From a bacterium (GTDB taxonomy: Bacteria; Patescibacteriota; Patescibacteriia; UBA1558; UBA10009), in NCBI GenBank assembly GCA_018672055.1, contig JABHGM010000001.1, forward strand, positions 432,679-496,678: 64,000 nucleotides of DNA, read 5' to 3'. Under the pieces are notes generated by a model. The model saw nothing but the letters and a program-made list of their open reading frames with translations, was not told where the DNA came from and made no database searches. Of this stretch, positions 37,858 to 48,745 are shown one piece after another. Both the position numbers and the translations under genes were made by a program. Within the stretch, counting starts at the first letter, position 1, and each line of letters starts with the position of its first letter.

Positions 37858-39186
37858 ATGAAACCAATAATAGAAACAAAAAAATTAAATGTAACTTATT
37901 TTAAGGGTCAAGAGAATGAAATTAGGGCTCTTAAAAATATTGATATACAAATATATCCAGGTGAATTTGTAATATTTTATGGTCCTTCAGGTTGCGGTAA
38001 ATCTACAATTCTTTATTCTATTGCTGGTTTAGAAAGGCATATGGAAGGTGAGATTACAATTAATGGTGTTAATTATATGGATTTTAGTGAAAAAGATTTT
38101 GAAAAATTACATCAAGAAGAAATGGGTATGATATTTCAAGCCTATTATTTAATACCTTCAATGTCTGTGATTGATAATGTACTTTTACCTCAAGTTGCTA
38201 TGGATATGGAAAAGAAAAAAAGACAAAAACGTGGTTCAGAAGTTTTAAAGTATTTTAATATCGAAGCACAAGCAAATAAAATGCCTCAAGAACTATCAGG
38301 TGGTCAGCAACAAAGGGTAGCCATTAGTAGAGCTATTATTAATGACCCGAATATAATTTTAGCTGACGAACCTGTTGGTAATTTAGATTCTAAATCAGCT
38401 TCTGATGTAATGGAATTATTTAAACAATTAAATATTCATCAGAAAAAAACAATCATCATGGTAACTCATGACCCATCTCGTTTAGATATAGCAGATAGGG
38501 TTTTTTATATTAAAGATGGTTATTTAACAGATACTAAGGTTAATAAAGCTAAATATTATAGACCTACAATTACTGATGAAATATCTAAAGATTTTAAACA
38601 ATTATCTAAAACTCATAAGGCTATAACTTCTATTGAAAATGATTTAGATTTAGAAGACTATAAGTCAAAGAATTTAGCTTTAGAAGTATTAACAGGTTTG
38701 TCATATGGCGAATTTGAAGTAATTCAAAATCATGTTGATAAGTTGCTTAATATGGAAGGTGCTGTTAATTACAATGAAATGTATAATTTTTTTGATAAGA
38801 ATAGCAGAGAGGGCGGTCTTGATATGGATGTTAGAAAAGCTAAGAAATTAATGTTTCAACTTAAAGACATGGTTGAAGTTATAAAACAACTTAAAAATGG
38901 CAAACTTGATATTAACGAAGAAGTAAGTTTAATTAGAAAGTATATTTTTGGTGTGTTTAATATTAATATTGAAGATGAAAAAGTTTTAAAAATAGTTAAT
39001 AAAGTAATATTTGAAAGATTACAAAATAAGATTGATATGATAGCAGTTCAAGTAATTTTTGATTTACCCTTTTCAGAAGGTGGTGTTGGTTTAGATATTC
39101 GTGTAGCTCACAAAGTTTCTAAAAGACTTGAATTATTAATTTTAGGAAAATATAAGATAGTTAAACCATCATTTAATAAGATTTAA
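37858..39186 (+). CDS. ABC transporter ATP-binding protein (MacB/LolD/FtsE-like) with a ~215-aa C-terminal extension of unknown type
   Basis: Walker A GPSGCGKST, signature LSGGQQQRVAISRA, Walker B ILADEP. The ATG lies 1 nt after the previous stop; the ORF-track TTG start at 37846 was rejected. Confidence 0.8.
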   Translation: MKPIIETKKLNVTYFKGQENEIRALKNIDIQIYPGEFVIFYGPSGCGKSTILYSIAGLERHMEGEITINGVNYMDFSEKDFEKLHQEEMGMIFQAYYLIPSMSVIDNVLLPQVAMDMEKKKRQKRGSEVLKYFNIEAQANKMPQELSGGQQQRVAISRAIINDPNIILADEPVGNLDSKSASDVMELFKQLNIHQKKTIIMVTHDPSRLDIADRVFYIKDGYLTDTKVNKAKYYRPTITDEISKDFKQLSKTHKAITSIENDLDLEDYKSKNLALEVLTGLSYGEFEVIQNHVDKLLNMEGAVNYNEMYNFFDKNSREGGLDMDVRKAKKLMFQLKDMVEVIKQLKNGKLDINEEVSLIRKYIFGVFNINIEDEKVLKIVNKVIFERLQNKIDMIAVQVIFDLPFSEGGVGLDIRVAHKVSKRLELLILGKYKIVKPSFNKI

Positions 39187-39187
39187 A

Positions 39188-40390
39188 ATGAAAATAGCTG
39201 ATATTATATATTTATCTGTAAGATCGTTTAAAACAAAGCGTTTAAGAACTGCTTTGACTATTTTAGGTGTTGGTGTTGGTATTAGCGCTGTCTTATTCTT
39301 AGTATCGCTTGGATATGGTTTGCAGAATCTCATTTTAACTCAAATTACTTCAGAAGATTCTTTATTAAGTTTAGATGTTAGTGCAGGTAGTTCTGGTTTA
39401 ATTAGTTTAGATCAAACAAGTTTAGATAAATTTGCTTCAGTTGAAAATGTTAATGAGGTAAGTGCAATGTCTAATCTATCTGGACAGCTTACTTTAGATG
39501 AAATAACAGGTGATGCTGTTGTTTATGTTATTGATGAGTCATTTCTACGCTTAAGTGGCGTTAAACCTCAATACGGAGAAAGTTTTTCTGATTCTAATGA
39601 ACCTGAAATAATAATATCATCAATTGGTGCTCAGTTATTTGATTTTGAAGATCCGGGTGATATTATTGGTAAAGAAATAGAAATAACCTTATTTATTTCA
39701 ACAATTACTGAAGAAGAAGTTGAAGAAGTTGAAGTTATCACTTTAGAACAAAAATTTAAAGTAACTGGTGTAATTAGTGATGAAAATTCAAATTATTTTT
39801 TCTTACCTAAAACATTAATAGGGGATGTAGTTATTGAAGAATTTGATCAAATTAAAGTTAAAGTTTCAGATGGTGACTATTTAGAAGAAGTTAGAAATGA
39901 AATAATTGAAGCTGGTTTTTTGGTTACTTCATTAACTGATACTATTGATCAAGCTAAAAAAATATTTAAAATAATTCAAATTATTTTAGGTTTATTTGGT
40001 TTAGTAGCTTTAGCTGTATCTGCTATTGGAATGTTTAATACTATGACTATTACTTTACTGGAGAGAACTAATGAAATTGGTATTATGAGAGCTATTGGTG
40101 TAACTAAGAAAGATATTATTATGTTATTTTTATTTGAATCGATGGTGATTGGGTTTTTAGGTGGGCTTTCTGGTATTATTTTAGGTATATTGTCAGGTGA
40201 AATATTTAATTTAGTACTAAATGTATTTGCTAAGAATTTAGGTTCTCAAGCTTTAGATCTATTTTACTATCCATTCTGGTTCATATTATTCATTATTATC
40301 TTCTCAACTATTATTGGTTTCTTAACAGGTATTTATCCTTCAAAAAGAGCTGGTAATTTAAATCCTTTAGATGCTCTCCGATATAAATAG
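39188..40390 (+). CDS. ABC transporter permease, MacB/FtsX family
   Basis: N-terminal TM, a ~230-aa extracytoplasmic domain and three C-terminal TM segments (FtsX fold). There is a 1-nt gap after the ATPase stop. Confidence 0.8.
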   Translation: MKIADIIYLSVRSFKTKRLRTALTILGVGVGISAVLFLVSLGYGLQNLILTQITSEDSLLSLDVSAGSSGLISLDQTSLDKFASVENVNEVSAMSNLSGQLTLDEITGDAVVYVIDESFLRLSGVKPQYGESFSDSNEPEIIISSIGAQLFDFEDPGDIIGKEIEITLFISTITEEEVEEVEVITLEQKFKVTGVISDENSNYFFLPKTLIGDVVIEEFDQIKVKVSDGDYLEEVRNEIIEAGFLVTSLTDTIDQAKKIFKIIQIILGLFGLVALAVSAIGMFNTMTITLLERTNEIGIMRAIGVTKKDIIMLFLFESMVIGFLGGLSGIILGILSGEIFNLVLNVFAKNLGSQALDLFYYPFWFILFIIIFSTIIGFLTGIYPSKRAGNLNPLDALRYK

Positions 40391-40397
40391 AGTATTT

Positions 40398-40425
40398 AAA
40401 AACTCATCTTTTTTAAGATAAGTTT
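40398..40425. terminator. Bidirectional terminator between convergent operons
   Basis: aactcatctt/aagataagtt stem with one mismatch, flanked by T-runs on both strands. Confidence 0.5.
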
Positions 40426-40435
40426 TTTATTTTAT

Positions 40436-41320
40436 TTATTTTGTAATAATCAGTAATTTCTTTGGTATAAGTTCAATATTTATTTCATCTACCTCTATTC
40501 TTTCTCCATCAATTTGTATTGCTTTATCTTTAAATGATTCATTAGATAAAGTTATTTTTTTACCTTTTAACTTAGTTAAGTAGGGGAATCTACTTTTACC
40601 AAAGAAGAAAGAGAAAGCAACATTAAAGAATCCAAAGATGCTTTTGTTTTGACTTATTAATACTTCTAGTTCAGCGTCAAATAAATCAATGGGTGTTTTA
40701 GGTTGTAGGTTAAATAAGCTAAGGGCATTAGCTACAATTAAAGTATTACCTTCTATCTGATGATTATTATTATCTAATTTAAAATTAAAATTAGTTCTTT
40801 TTACTTTCCATTGTTTTACGAAGGTCATAATATATGCCCAAAAACCTAAGTTTATCTTTAAACCTCTTGATGTTTCATTAATAATATTTGACCAATAGCC
40901 AATAGATAAGCAGATTAAAAAAAAGTGCTCATTATTTAATAAACACACGTCCATTTTCTTAGGAGTTCCAAGACATGCAGTTTTAATAGCTAGTTTAGGT
41001 AAATTATTAATACTTAAACTAGAAGCTAACACATTTGCACTGCCTACTGGTATTATGGCTAGGGGAATACTTAAGTTATTTTTTAATATATGATCAGCTA
41101 CTTCTTTAACTGTGCCATCACCACCAATTACAATAATTCTTGAATAAATAGTTAATTCAATTTTTTTTAATTGATTTTCTAAATTAGGTTCAGTTATTAT
41201 TAAATCATGCGAGGTATTTGGTAAGTACTTTTTAAAATACTTTAAAAAGCTTTTTTTGTACCATCTTTGATTAAAACTTGAACCTGAAGTTTGATTATGA
41301 ATAACTAAAATCTTAGTCAT
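40436..41320 (-). CDS. Diacylglycerol/lipid kinase, YegS/BmrU family
   Basis: DAGK_cat motifs (IVIGGDGTVKEVA, GSANVLA). Confidence 0.75.
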   Translation of the reverse strand: MTKILVIHNQTSGSSFNQRWYKKSFLKYFKKYLPNTSHDLIITEPNLENQLKKIELTIYSRIIVIGGDGTVKEVADHILKNNLSIPLAIIPVGSANVLASSLSINNLPKLAIKTACLGTPKKMDVCLLNNEHFFLICLSIGYWSNIINETSRGLKINLGFWAYIMTFVKQWKVKRTNFNFKLDNNNHQIEGNTLIVANALSLFNLQPKTPIDLFDAELEVLISQNKSIFGFFNVAFSFFFGKSRFPYLTKLKGKKITLSNESFKDKAIQIDGERIEVDEINIELIPKKLLIITK

Positions 41321-42791
41321 TAGATTGATAGTTTGGAGATTCTTTAATTATAGCTATATCATGAGGATGATTCTCTTTAAGAGAAGCATTAGTAATTTGT
41401 AAGAATTTAGATTTTTCTTGAAGTTCTTTAATTGTTTTAGCACCTTGATAACCCATACCGGACTTTAAACCACCTATTAATTGATGAACATGATTTGATA
41501 ATTTACCTTTAAGTAATGTTTGTCCAACAATACCTTCTGGAACTAGCTTATCAGCTTCATCTGTCTTATCTGCACCATATCTATCTCTTGAGCCTTGAGT
41601 CATAGCTTCTAATGAACCCATGCCTCTGTATACTTTATACATTCTGCCGTTATAATAAGTGATTTCACCTGGTGATTCATCCGTAGCTGCAAATAATTGA
41701 CCTATCATTATACTATCTGCTCCTGCTGCTAATGCTTTTACAATATCACCTGAATATCTTATACCACCGTCAGCAATAATAGGTATTCTTGATTTACCTC
41801 TGCCTTTAATAGCATTTAAGATAGCCGTTACTTGAGGTACACCAACTCCAGCAATAATTCTAGTTGTACAGATAGAACCTGGGCCAATACCTACTTTAAT
41901 AGCATCGGCTCCATATTTAATAAGTTCACGTGTTGCCTCAACTGTAGCTACATTACCAACAATAATATCAATATTTTTAAAATCTTTATTACTTTTTATA
42001 GTAGTTAAAGTATCTATTACTTTTTGACTATGTCCGTGAGCAGTATCAATAACTAGTACATCAACTCCTGTTTCTGCCATAAGGTGAGCTCTTTTTAAGG
42101 CTTCTTTACCAACACCAATAGCTCCACCTACTCTTAATCTATCTTGTTTATCTTTTGAAGCATTTGGATAATGTAAACTTTTTTCTAAATCAGATCTGGT
42201 AACTAAACTCTTAATTTTACCTTGTTTGTTTACTAGTATAATAACTGGTACTTTCTTATCTTTTATTATCTTCCTAGCTTTTTCTAAAGTAGTATTTTCA
42301 GGTACAGTAACTAAGTCTTTTACCTTTTTCATCATTTTCTTAATTGGTAACTTTTCATCTTCAGGCCAGAAGTAATCATATTTAGTAATTAAACCTAATA
42401 ATTTACCTGATTTACCTACAATAGGTATATTTTTATAACCTTTTTCTTGTCTTATCTTTACTACGTCTTTTATCTTTTGGTCAGGTCCTAGAGTAACTGG
42501 ATTTTCAATAAAGCTATTTCTATATCTTTTTACTTTAGCTACTTCTTGTGCTTGGTCTTTAGGAGATAAATTTCTATGAATAATACCAATACCACCTTCT
42601 AAAGAAAGAGCTATGGCTAGTTTACTTTCAGTAACTGTATCCATAGGTGAACTAACAAGCGGAATATTTAAAGTAATATTTCTTGTTAATTTAGTAGAAG
42701 TTTTTACTTCTCTAGGTGAGATATTTGTTTTTTGCGGTTCAAGTAATACATCATCAAATGTAAGTCCTTGAGTTAATTCTTGTCTATTCAT
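41313..42791 (-). CDS. guaB: IMP dehydrogenase with tandem CBS domains
   Basis: TIM barrel with the catalytic loop [11 protein letters not shown] and a CBS pair. Confidence 0.9.
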   Translation of the reverse strand: MNRQELTQGLTFDDVLLEPQKTNISPREVKTSTKLTRNITLNIPLVSSPMDTVTESKLAIALSLEGGIGIIHRNLSPKDQAQEVAKVKRYRNSFIENPVTLGPDQKIKDVVKIRQEKGYKNIPIVGKSGKLLGLITKYDYFWPEDEKLPIKKMMKKVKDLVTVPENTTLEKARKIIKDKKVPVIILVNKQGKIKSLVTRSDLEKSLHYPNASKDKQDRLRVGGAIGVGKEALKRAHLMAETGVDVLVIDTAHGHSQKVIDTLTTIKSNKDFKNIDIIVGNVATVEATRELIKYGADAIKVGIGPGSICTTRIIAGVGVPQVTAILNAIKGRGKSRIPIIADGGIRYSGDIVKALAAGADSIMIGQLFAATDESPGEITYYNGRMYKVYRGMGSLEAMTQGSRDRYGADKTDEADKLVPEGIVGQTLLKGKLSNHVHQLIGGLKSGMGYQGAKTIKELQEKSKFLQITNASLKENHPHDIAIIKESPNYQSND

Positions 42792-42846
42792 ATAGTTTAG
42801 ATTATAATAGGGATATTATATATAATAATTAAGAAAATTTCAAGTT

Positions 42847-44667
42847 ATGAAACAAAAGTATCAAGAAATAGCTATACTAGATTTTGGCTCACAATATACT
42901 CATTTAATTGCTAGACGTTTTAGAAATATGGGGATTCTGGCTAAACTATACCCAGCTGATACTGATTTAAGTAAAATTAGTAATATAGTGGGTATTGTTT
43001 TATCTGGTTCGCCAGCTTCCATAAGTGATAATAAGTATCAAGTGAATGAGAATCTTTTTGATTTAAGTATTCCCATACTTGGACTTTGTTATGGCCATCA
43101 GTTTATAGCTGATCATTTTGGAGGTGTAGTTGAAGCACATAAAGAACAAAGTGAATTTGGTAGAGCTAAGTTAGAATTAGTAGATAGTCCTTTATTTAAA
43201 AATATAGAGAATAATGAAGAAGTTTGGATGAGTCATGGTGATAGTGTAATTAAAGTACCAGCTGGTTTTAAAGTAATTGGTAAGACTAAGAGTTGTGATA
43301 TAGCTGCTATGTCATCTGAAGAAAAAAATATTTATTCTCTTCAATTTCATCCAGAAGTAACACATACTAAAAAAGGTATGGAGATTTTAGAAAATTTTGC
43401 TTTTGAAATATGTCAGGCTAAGAAAGATTGGAATATTGAAGATTGGCAAGTAGAAATGGTTAAAGAAATACAAGATACAGTTAAAGATAAAAAAGTATTT
43501 CTTTTAGTTAGTGGTGGTGTTGATTCTACGGTTTCATTTGCTCTTTTAGAAAAAGCTTTAGGTAAGGATAGAGTATTTGGTTTGCATATTGATAATGGTT
43601 TAATGAGAAAGAATGAGGTAAATGAAGTTCAAAGTTCTTTACGAGATGCTGGATTTCAAAATTTAGAAATATATGATGCTTCTAATGAATTTTTAAATGC
43701 TTTAGAAGGTATTTATGAACCTGAAGCTAAAAGAAAAATTATTGGTAACCTATTTTTAGATATTCAAGATAAAGTAGCTACCAAACTAAAATTAAATCCA
43801 GATGAATGGATTTTAGGGCAGGGTACTATATATCCGGATACCATAGAAACAGGAGGTACTAAGAATGCTGAAACTATTAAAACGCATCATAACAGAGTAC
43901 CTAGAGTTCAAGAATTAATAGAGGAGGGTAAAATAATTGAACCCATTAAAGACTTATATAAAGATGAAGTAAGAAGTTTAGGAGAATATTTAGGCTTGCC
44001 TAGTAAACTTGTTTGGCGTCATCCTTTTCCAGGTCCAGGATTAGCTATCAGAGCTCTTTGTTTAGATAAAGTTAATGAAGATGACTTAAGTAATTTAACT
44101 AATAATATTAAAAAAAGTTTTCCTAACTTAAATTTAAATGTTTTACCTTTAAAAAGCGTTGGAGTACAAGGGGATTCTAGAACTTACGCACATCCTGCAG
44201 TAATTAGTAAAGATATGTTAGAATTTAACTTTAAACAATTTATTGATTGTATTAAAGAAGCTCCTAAGTTAACTAATAAGTTTAAAGAAATAAATAGAGT
44301 TATTTTAAGAGTTGATAGTAATGAGTATTTATTAAATGATGCTAAATTAATTAAATCAGATATTAATAAAAAAAGATTAGATTTACTTAGAGAAGTTGAT
44401 TGCATAGTTCAGACATTTATCTTAGAACATGGCCTAGAGCACGATATTTGGCAGTTTCCAGTTGTTTTAGTCCCTTATGGGGTAAATGATATGGAAAGCA
44501 TTATATTAAGGCCTGTTACTTCCTTAGAGGCTATGACTGCTAAATCATACCCACTACCTATTAATATATTGGAAGAATTAACTAAGAAGATATCTAAAAT
44601 ATCTAATATTTCCTTTATATTTTATGATTTAACTAATAAGCCGCCTGGTACTATAGAATGGGAGTAA
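42847..44667 (+). CDS. guaA: GMP synthase (glutamine-hydrolysing), long form
   Basis: GATase (GLCYGHQ), PP-loop SGGVDSTV and a C-terminal dimerisation domain. At 606 aa it is longer than the typical ~520 aa. Confidence 0.85.
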   Translation: MKQKYQEIAILDFGSQYTHLIARRFRNMGILAKLYPADTDLSKISNIVGIVLSGSPASISDNKYQVNENLFDLSIPILGLCYGHQFIADHFGGVVEAHKEQSEFGRAKLELVDSPLFKNIENNEEVWMSHGDSVIKVPAGFKVIGKTKSCDIAAMSSEEKNIYSLQFHPEVTHTKKGMEILENFAFEICQAKKDWNIEDWQVEMVKEIQDTVKDKKVFLLVSGGVDSTVSFALLEKALGKDRVFGLHIDNGLMRKNEVNEVQSSLRDAGFQNLEIYDASNEFLNALEGIYEPEAKRKIIGNLFLDIQDKVATKLKLNPDEWILGQGTIYPDTIETGGTKNAETIKTHHNRVPRVQELIEEGKIIEPIKDLYKDEVRSLGEYLGLPSKLVWRHPFPGPGLAIRALCLDKVNEDDLSNLTNNIKKSFPNLNLNVLPLKSVGVQGDSRTYAHPAVISKDMLEFNFKQFIDCIKEAPKLTNKFKEINRVILRVDSNEYLLNDAKLIKSDINKKRLDLLREVDCIVQTFILEHGLEHDIWQFPVVLVPYGVNDMESIILRPVTSLEAMTAKSYPLPINILEELTKKISKISNISFIFYDLTNKPPGTIEWE

Positions 44668-44726
44668 TCTTTACAGAATAGGTATATTTTGATAATGTGT
44701 TATATTCATTAAGTTCTTTAACAAAA

Positions 44727-44777
44727 GTAATCATAGCCAAAAGTTACTTAATTTAGGTGGTTTTTGGCTATGATTAC
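44727..44777. repeat. Perfect 16-bp inverted repeat with a 19-nt spacer
   Basis: gtaatcatagccaaaa (44727-44742) pairs with ttttggctatgattac (44762-44777). Confidence 0.8.
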
Positions 44778-44871
44778 ATGGTGTAATTAGTTAGCAATCC
44801 AAAGTAGGTAGGCTCTATGTTTGATTTTAAGTAATTAAATAGGGAGTAAGCCAAAAATAAAGGAGCCAAAA

Positions 44872-46065
44872 ATGGCACCAAGAAAAAATGAATGGGTCAA
44901 GGCCTTAGGAACAATGTTTGAAATTTTTAAAGCTTTGATTAATGAAGTTATATCTCAAGGTGGTAATGAAAATTATTTTCGAGTAATATTGAAATACCCG
45001 GAAGCTAAAAGTTTAATTGCTAAAAAAGTAATTGAAGTTTGGCAGAAATTTGAACTTCTTAAGTTTATCGGTAAAGTAAAAATTAAGTCTACCGAGGGAT
45101 TTACTGCAAAGTATTGTTTTGTAGCGGATATTACTGATAGTGCTATTGTCAAGATATCTAATATAAAGACATTTATTAGACAGTTTTCGTCCAAGGTTGA
45201 ACCAGCGGTTAAGGAAGTTGAATTAAGTTATTATGAATTAACTGATAATGCTACAGATGAACAAATTATTAAGAATTTAGGTGGCAAAGCTAAGGCTAAG
45301 ATAACTCTTTATCAGCTCTGGGAGCTCTTATTACTCCAGCCTAATGGAGAGGAAGGAGCTTTGTTAGTCGATCGTTACAATTTACTTTTTATCGAAGATG
45401 CTAATAATGTAATTTACCTTATTCGATTATACTGGGATAGTTATGGCTGGGATTTGGACGCTATTTCAATGAATTCAAATAGTTATAACAAGTATCCCAT
45501 TATTTCTGGCAGTCCTTATGAAAATTCTAATTACCTTAATACGTATCGCATTTTTTCTGCAAATCCTTGTCACTTAGATGATGGAAATAGACTAGGTCAA
45601 TTACCACGGTATTTAGGAGCATCTCAGAAAGGTAAAGATAAGATTATAATTAACGTTAATCGATCATTTGTTCATAAAAGTATTGATGGGAGATTAGCTT
45701 ATCCTGAGTTTAATGAATCTGGTCCCAGTGAATATGATCTTCATAGTTTAACTGCGTGTCGCTTGGGCGAATTGGATGATGAGAATATGCCTCCATTGAA
45801 ATTTTTAAGATTGTTACACTTGAATGGATACCTAGAAAGATCTCTAAATATTTCTGATGCCGAAGCTATAATTGAAAATGAAATTGATTTTTTTGAACAA
45901 GATGTAGTTTTATGGAGATCAGCTAGAGATAAACCTGGACAGTGTGATGTGCCAGTTTTGATTTCTCATGAAGGCAAGTTAAAAATAAAATGGTTTCCTA
46001 TTACTCGAGAAATATTCAATAATACACTATTTTTATTTCCTAAAGAAGCAATGACTTCTAATTAA
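44872..46065 (+). CDS. Orphan hypothetical protein, 397 aa, with no recognisable domain
   Basis: AAGGAG SD 7 nt upstream. Its codon usage is GC-richer than the neighbours (cgc, cgg, ccc, gcg codons). It is bounded by the IR above and the terminator below. Confidence 0.55.
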   Translation: MAPRKNEWVKALGTMFEIFKALINEVISQGGNENYFRVILKYPEAKSLIAKKVIEVWQKFELLKFIGKVKIKSTEGFTAKYCFVADITDSAIVKISNIKTFIRQFSSKVEPAVKEVELSYYELTDNATDEQIIKNLGGKAKAKITLYQLWELLLLQPNGEEGALLVDRYNLLFIEDANNVIYLIRLYWDSYGWDLDAISMNSNSYNKYPIISGSPYENSNYLNTYRIFSANPCHLDDGNRLGQLPRYLGASQKGKDKIIINVNRSFVHKSIDGRLAYPEFNESGPSEYDLHSLTACRLGELDDENMPPLKFLRLLHLNGYLERSLNISDAEAIIENEIDFFEQDVVLWRSARDKPGQCDVPVLISHEGKLKIKWFPITREIFNNTLFLFPKEAMTSN

Positions 46066-46089
46066 CATTTTGTTGTAAAAACTCAATGT

Positions 46090-46123
46090 AAGCCGCATTT
46101 CAGATATGATTTGCGGTTTTTTT
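46090..46123 (+). terminator. Rho-independent terminator
   Basis: aagccgca/tgcggttt is an 8-bp stem with one G-U pair, followed by T7. Confidence 0.6.
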
Positions 46124-46232
46124 ATCCACAAAATACGATATTTATCAGTTAATTGCTTTCTCATATATATTGTGGTAAAATATACCTGTTTTCAGGTGGG
46201 AAAAGATTATATAATTAATGAAATATAATAGC

Positions 46233-47090
46233 ATGGCCATAATTGTTGACGGTAAAAAAATTGCCTCTACTATACTTAATGATTTAAAAACAAGGGTGGA
46301 TGCCATCAAATCAAAAGGGGGTAATGCCTCTCTAGCTGTTGTCTTGGTAGGTGATGATAAACCTTCTCAAACATATGTTAGAAAAAAAGAAGAAGCTGCA
46401 AAAGCCATAGGTGTGCAGTTTTTTAAATTGAAATTATCCGGGAGTATTAGTAAGGATGAATTAATAAGTGAGATTAAAAAAATACAAAGCAAAGAAGATT
46501 TAACTGGTTTGATCGTTCAATTACCATTACCTAAGCATTTAAGAGATGATACTCGAGAAATAGTTAATCATATTGAATCTAATATTGATGTTGATTGTTT
46601 AAATTATTTATCCTTAGGTAAGGTGCTAATGGGAACTAATCTGCTATTACCTCCAACTCCTTCTGCTATTATGGAAATACTTAAATATCACGATGTCGAT
46701 TTAGTTGGTAAGAATGTAGTTTTAATAGGTAGAGGTAATTTAATAGGTAAACCTTTATCTGCTATGTTAATGCATTATCCAGTAACTGTAACTGTTTGTG
46801 GTAGTGAATGTCATGATTTAAATTACTTTACAACTAAAGCAGATATCATTGTAACAGGTGTTGGTAAGTATAATATATTAAGTGGAGACATGGTTAAAGA
46901 TGGCGTAGCTGTGGTTGATGCCGGAGTATGCTTTGAGAATCAAAAAATGTGTGGTGATGTAGATTTTGATTCAGTTAAAGAGAAAGCCTCAGTTATTACT
47001 CCAGTACCTGGTGGAGTTGGTCCAATTACTGTATCTAAGCTTTTAGAAAATACTGTCATTCAGGCAGAAAATATATTAAATAATAAATAA
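46233..47090 (+). CDS. folD: Bifunctional methylene-THF dehydrogenase/cyclohydrolase
   Basis: MAIIVDGKKIA..., YVRKK, GRGNLIGKP and PGGVGP motifs. The start was moved to M6. Confidence 0.85.
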   Translation: MAIIVDGKKIASTILNDLKTRVDAIKSKGGNASLAVVLVGDDKPSQTYVRKKEEAAKAIGVQFFKLKLSGSISKDELISEIKKIQSKEDLTGLIVQLPLPKHLRDDTREIVNHIESNIDVDCLNYLSLGKVLMGTNLLLPPTPSAIMEILKYHDVDLVGKNVVLIGRGNLIGKPLSAMLMHYPVTVTVCGSECHDLNYFTTKADIIVTGVGKYNILSGDMVKDGVAVVDAGVCFENQKMCGDVDFDSVKEKASVITPVPGGVGPITVSKLLENTVIQAENILNNK

Positions 47091-47097
47091 TATTTAA

Positions 47098-48387
<1,290 letters not shown>

Positions 48388-48437
48388 AATACGCCGATAG
48401 GTTTTACTAAAGGCGTTAAGAGGGTTTTGATATTAAT

Positions 48438-48671
48438 TTAGGCTAGAGTAATATCTGAAGTTAGGTTATGGAATTGTTTGGTAATTGGGCTATCTTTTCT
48501 AATTTTAGAACTGAATTTAACTTTCTTATTATAGTTATGCTTCAGTATTTCTAGACTATCTGGTTTATCATTTAATTGACTTTTATGAATATAAATTAAT
48601 TTCTTATTTTCAATTGATTCAAAGAAATAATAATCATCATCAGATAATCCAAGATAAGTATATTTTTTCAT
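48438..48671 (-). CDS. Hypothetical small protein, 77 aa
   Basis: Only an ORF with a weak SD, lying between purA and purL on the opposite strand. Confidence 0.3.
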   Translation of the reverse strand: MKKYTYLGLSDDDYYFFESIENKKLIYIHKSQLNDKPDSLEILKHNYNKKVKFSSKIRKDSPITKQFHNLTSDITLA

Positions 48672-48745
48672 TTTTATTCCCTTTTTAATTTATTTGTACA
48701 AAATAATAATAAATATTAACACATTAAATAATAATTGTCAATGTA

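Noticed and set aside
42847-44667. The unusually long GuaA (606 aa) as a possible fusion with an extra domain
   Set aside because: By eye the extra length is insertion within the C-terminal ATP-PPase/dimerisation region (long-form GuaA as in some archaea and eukaryotes). No separate appended domain was recognisable.
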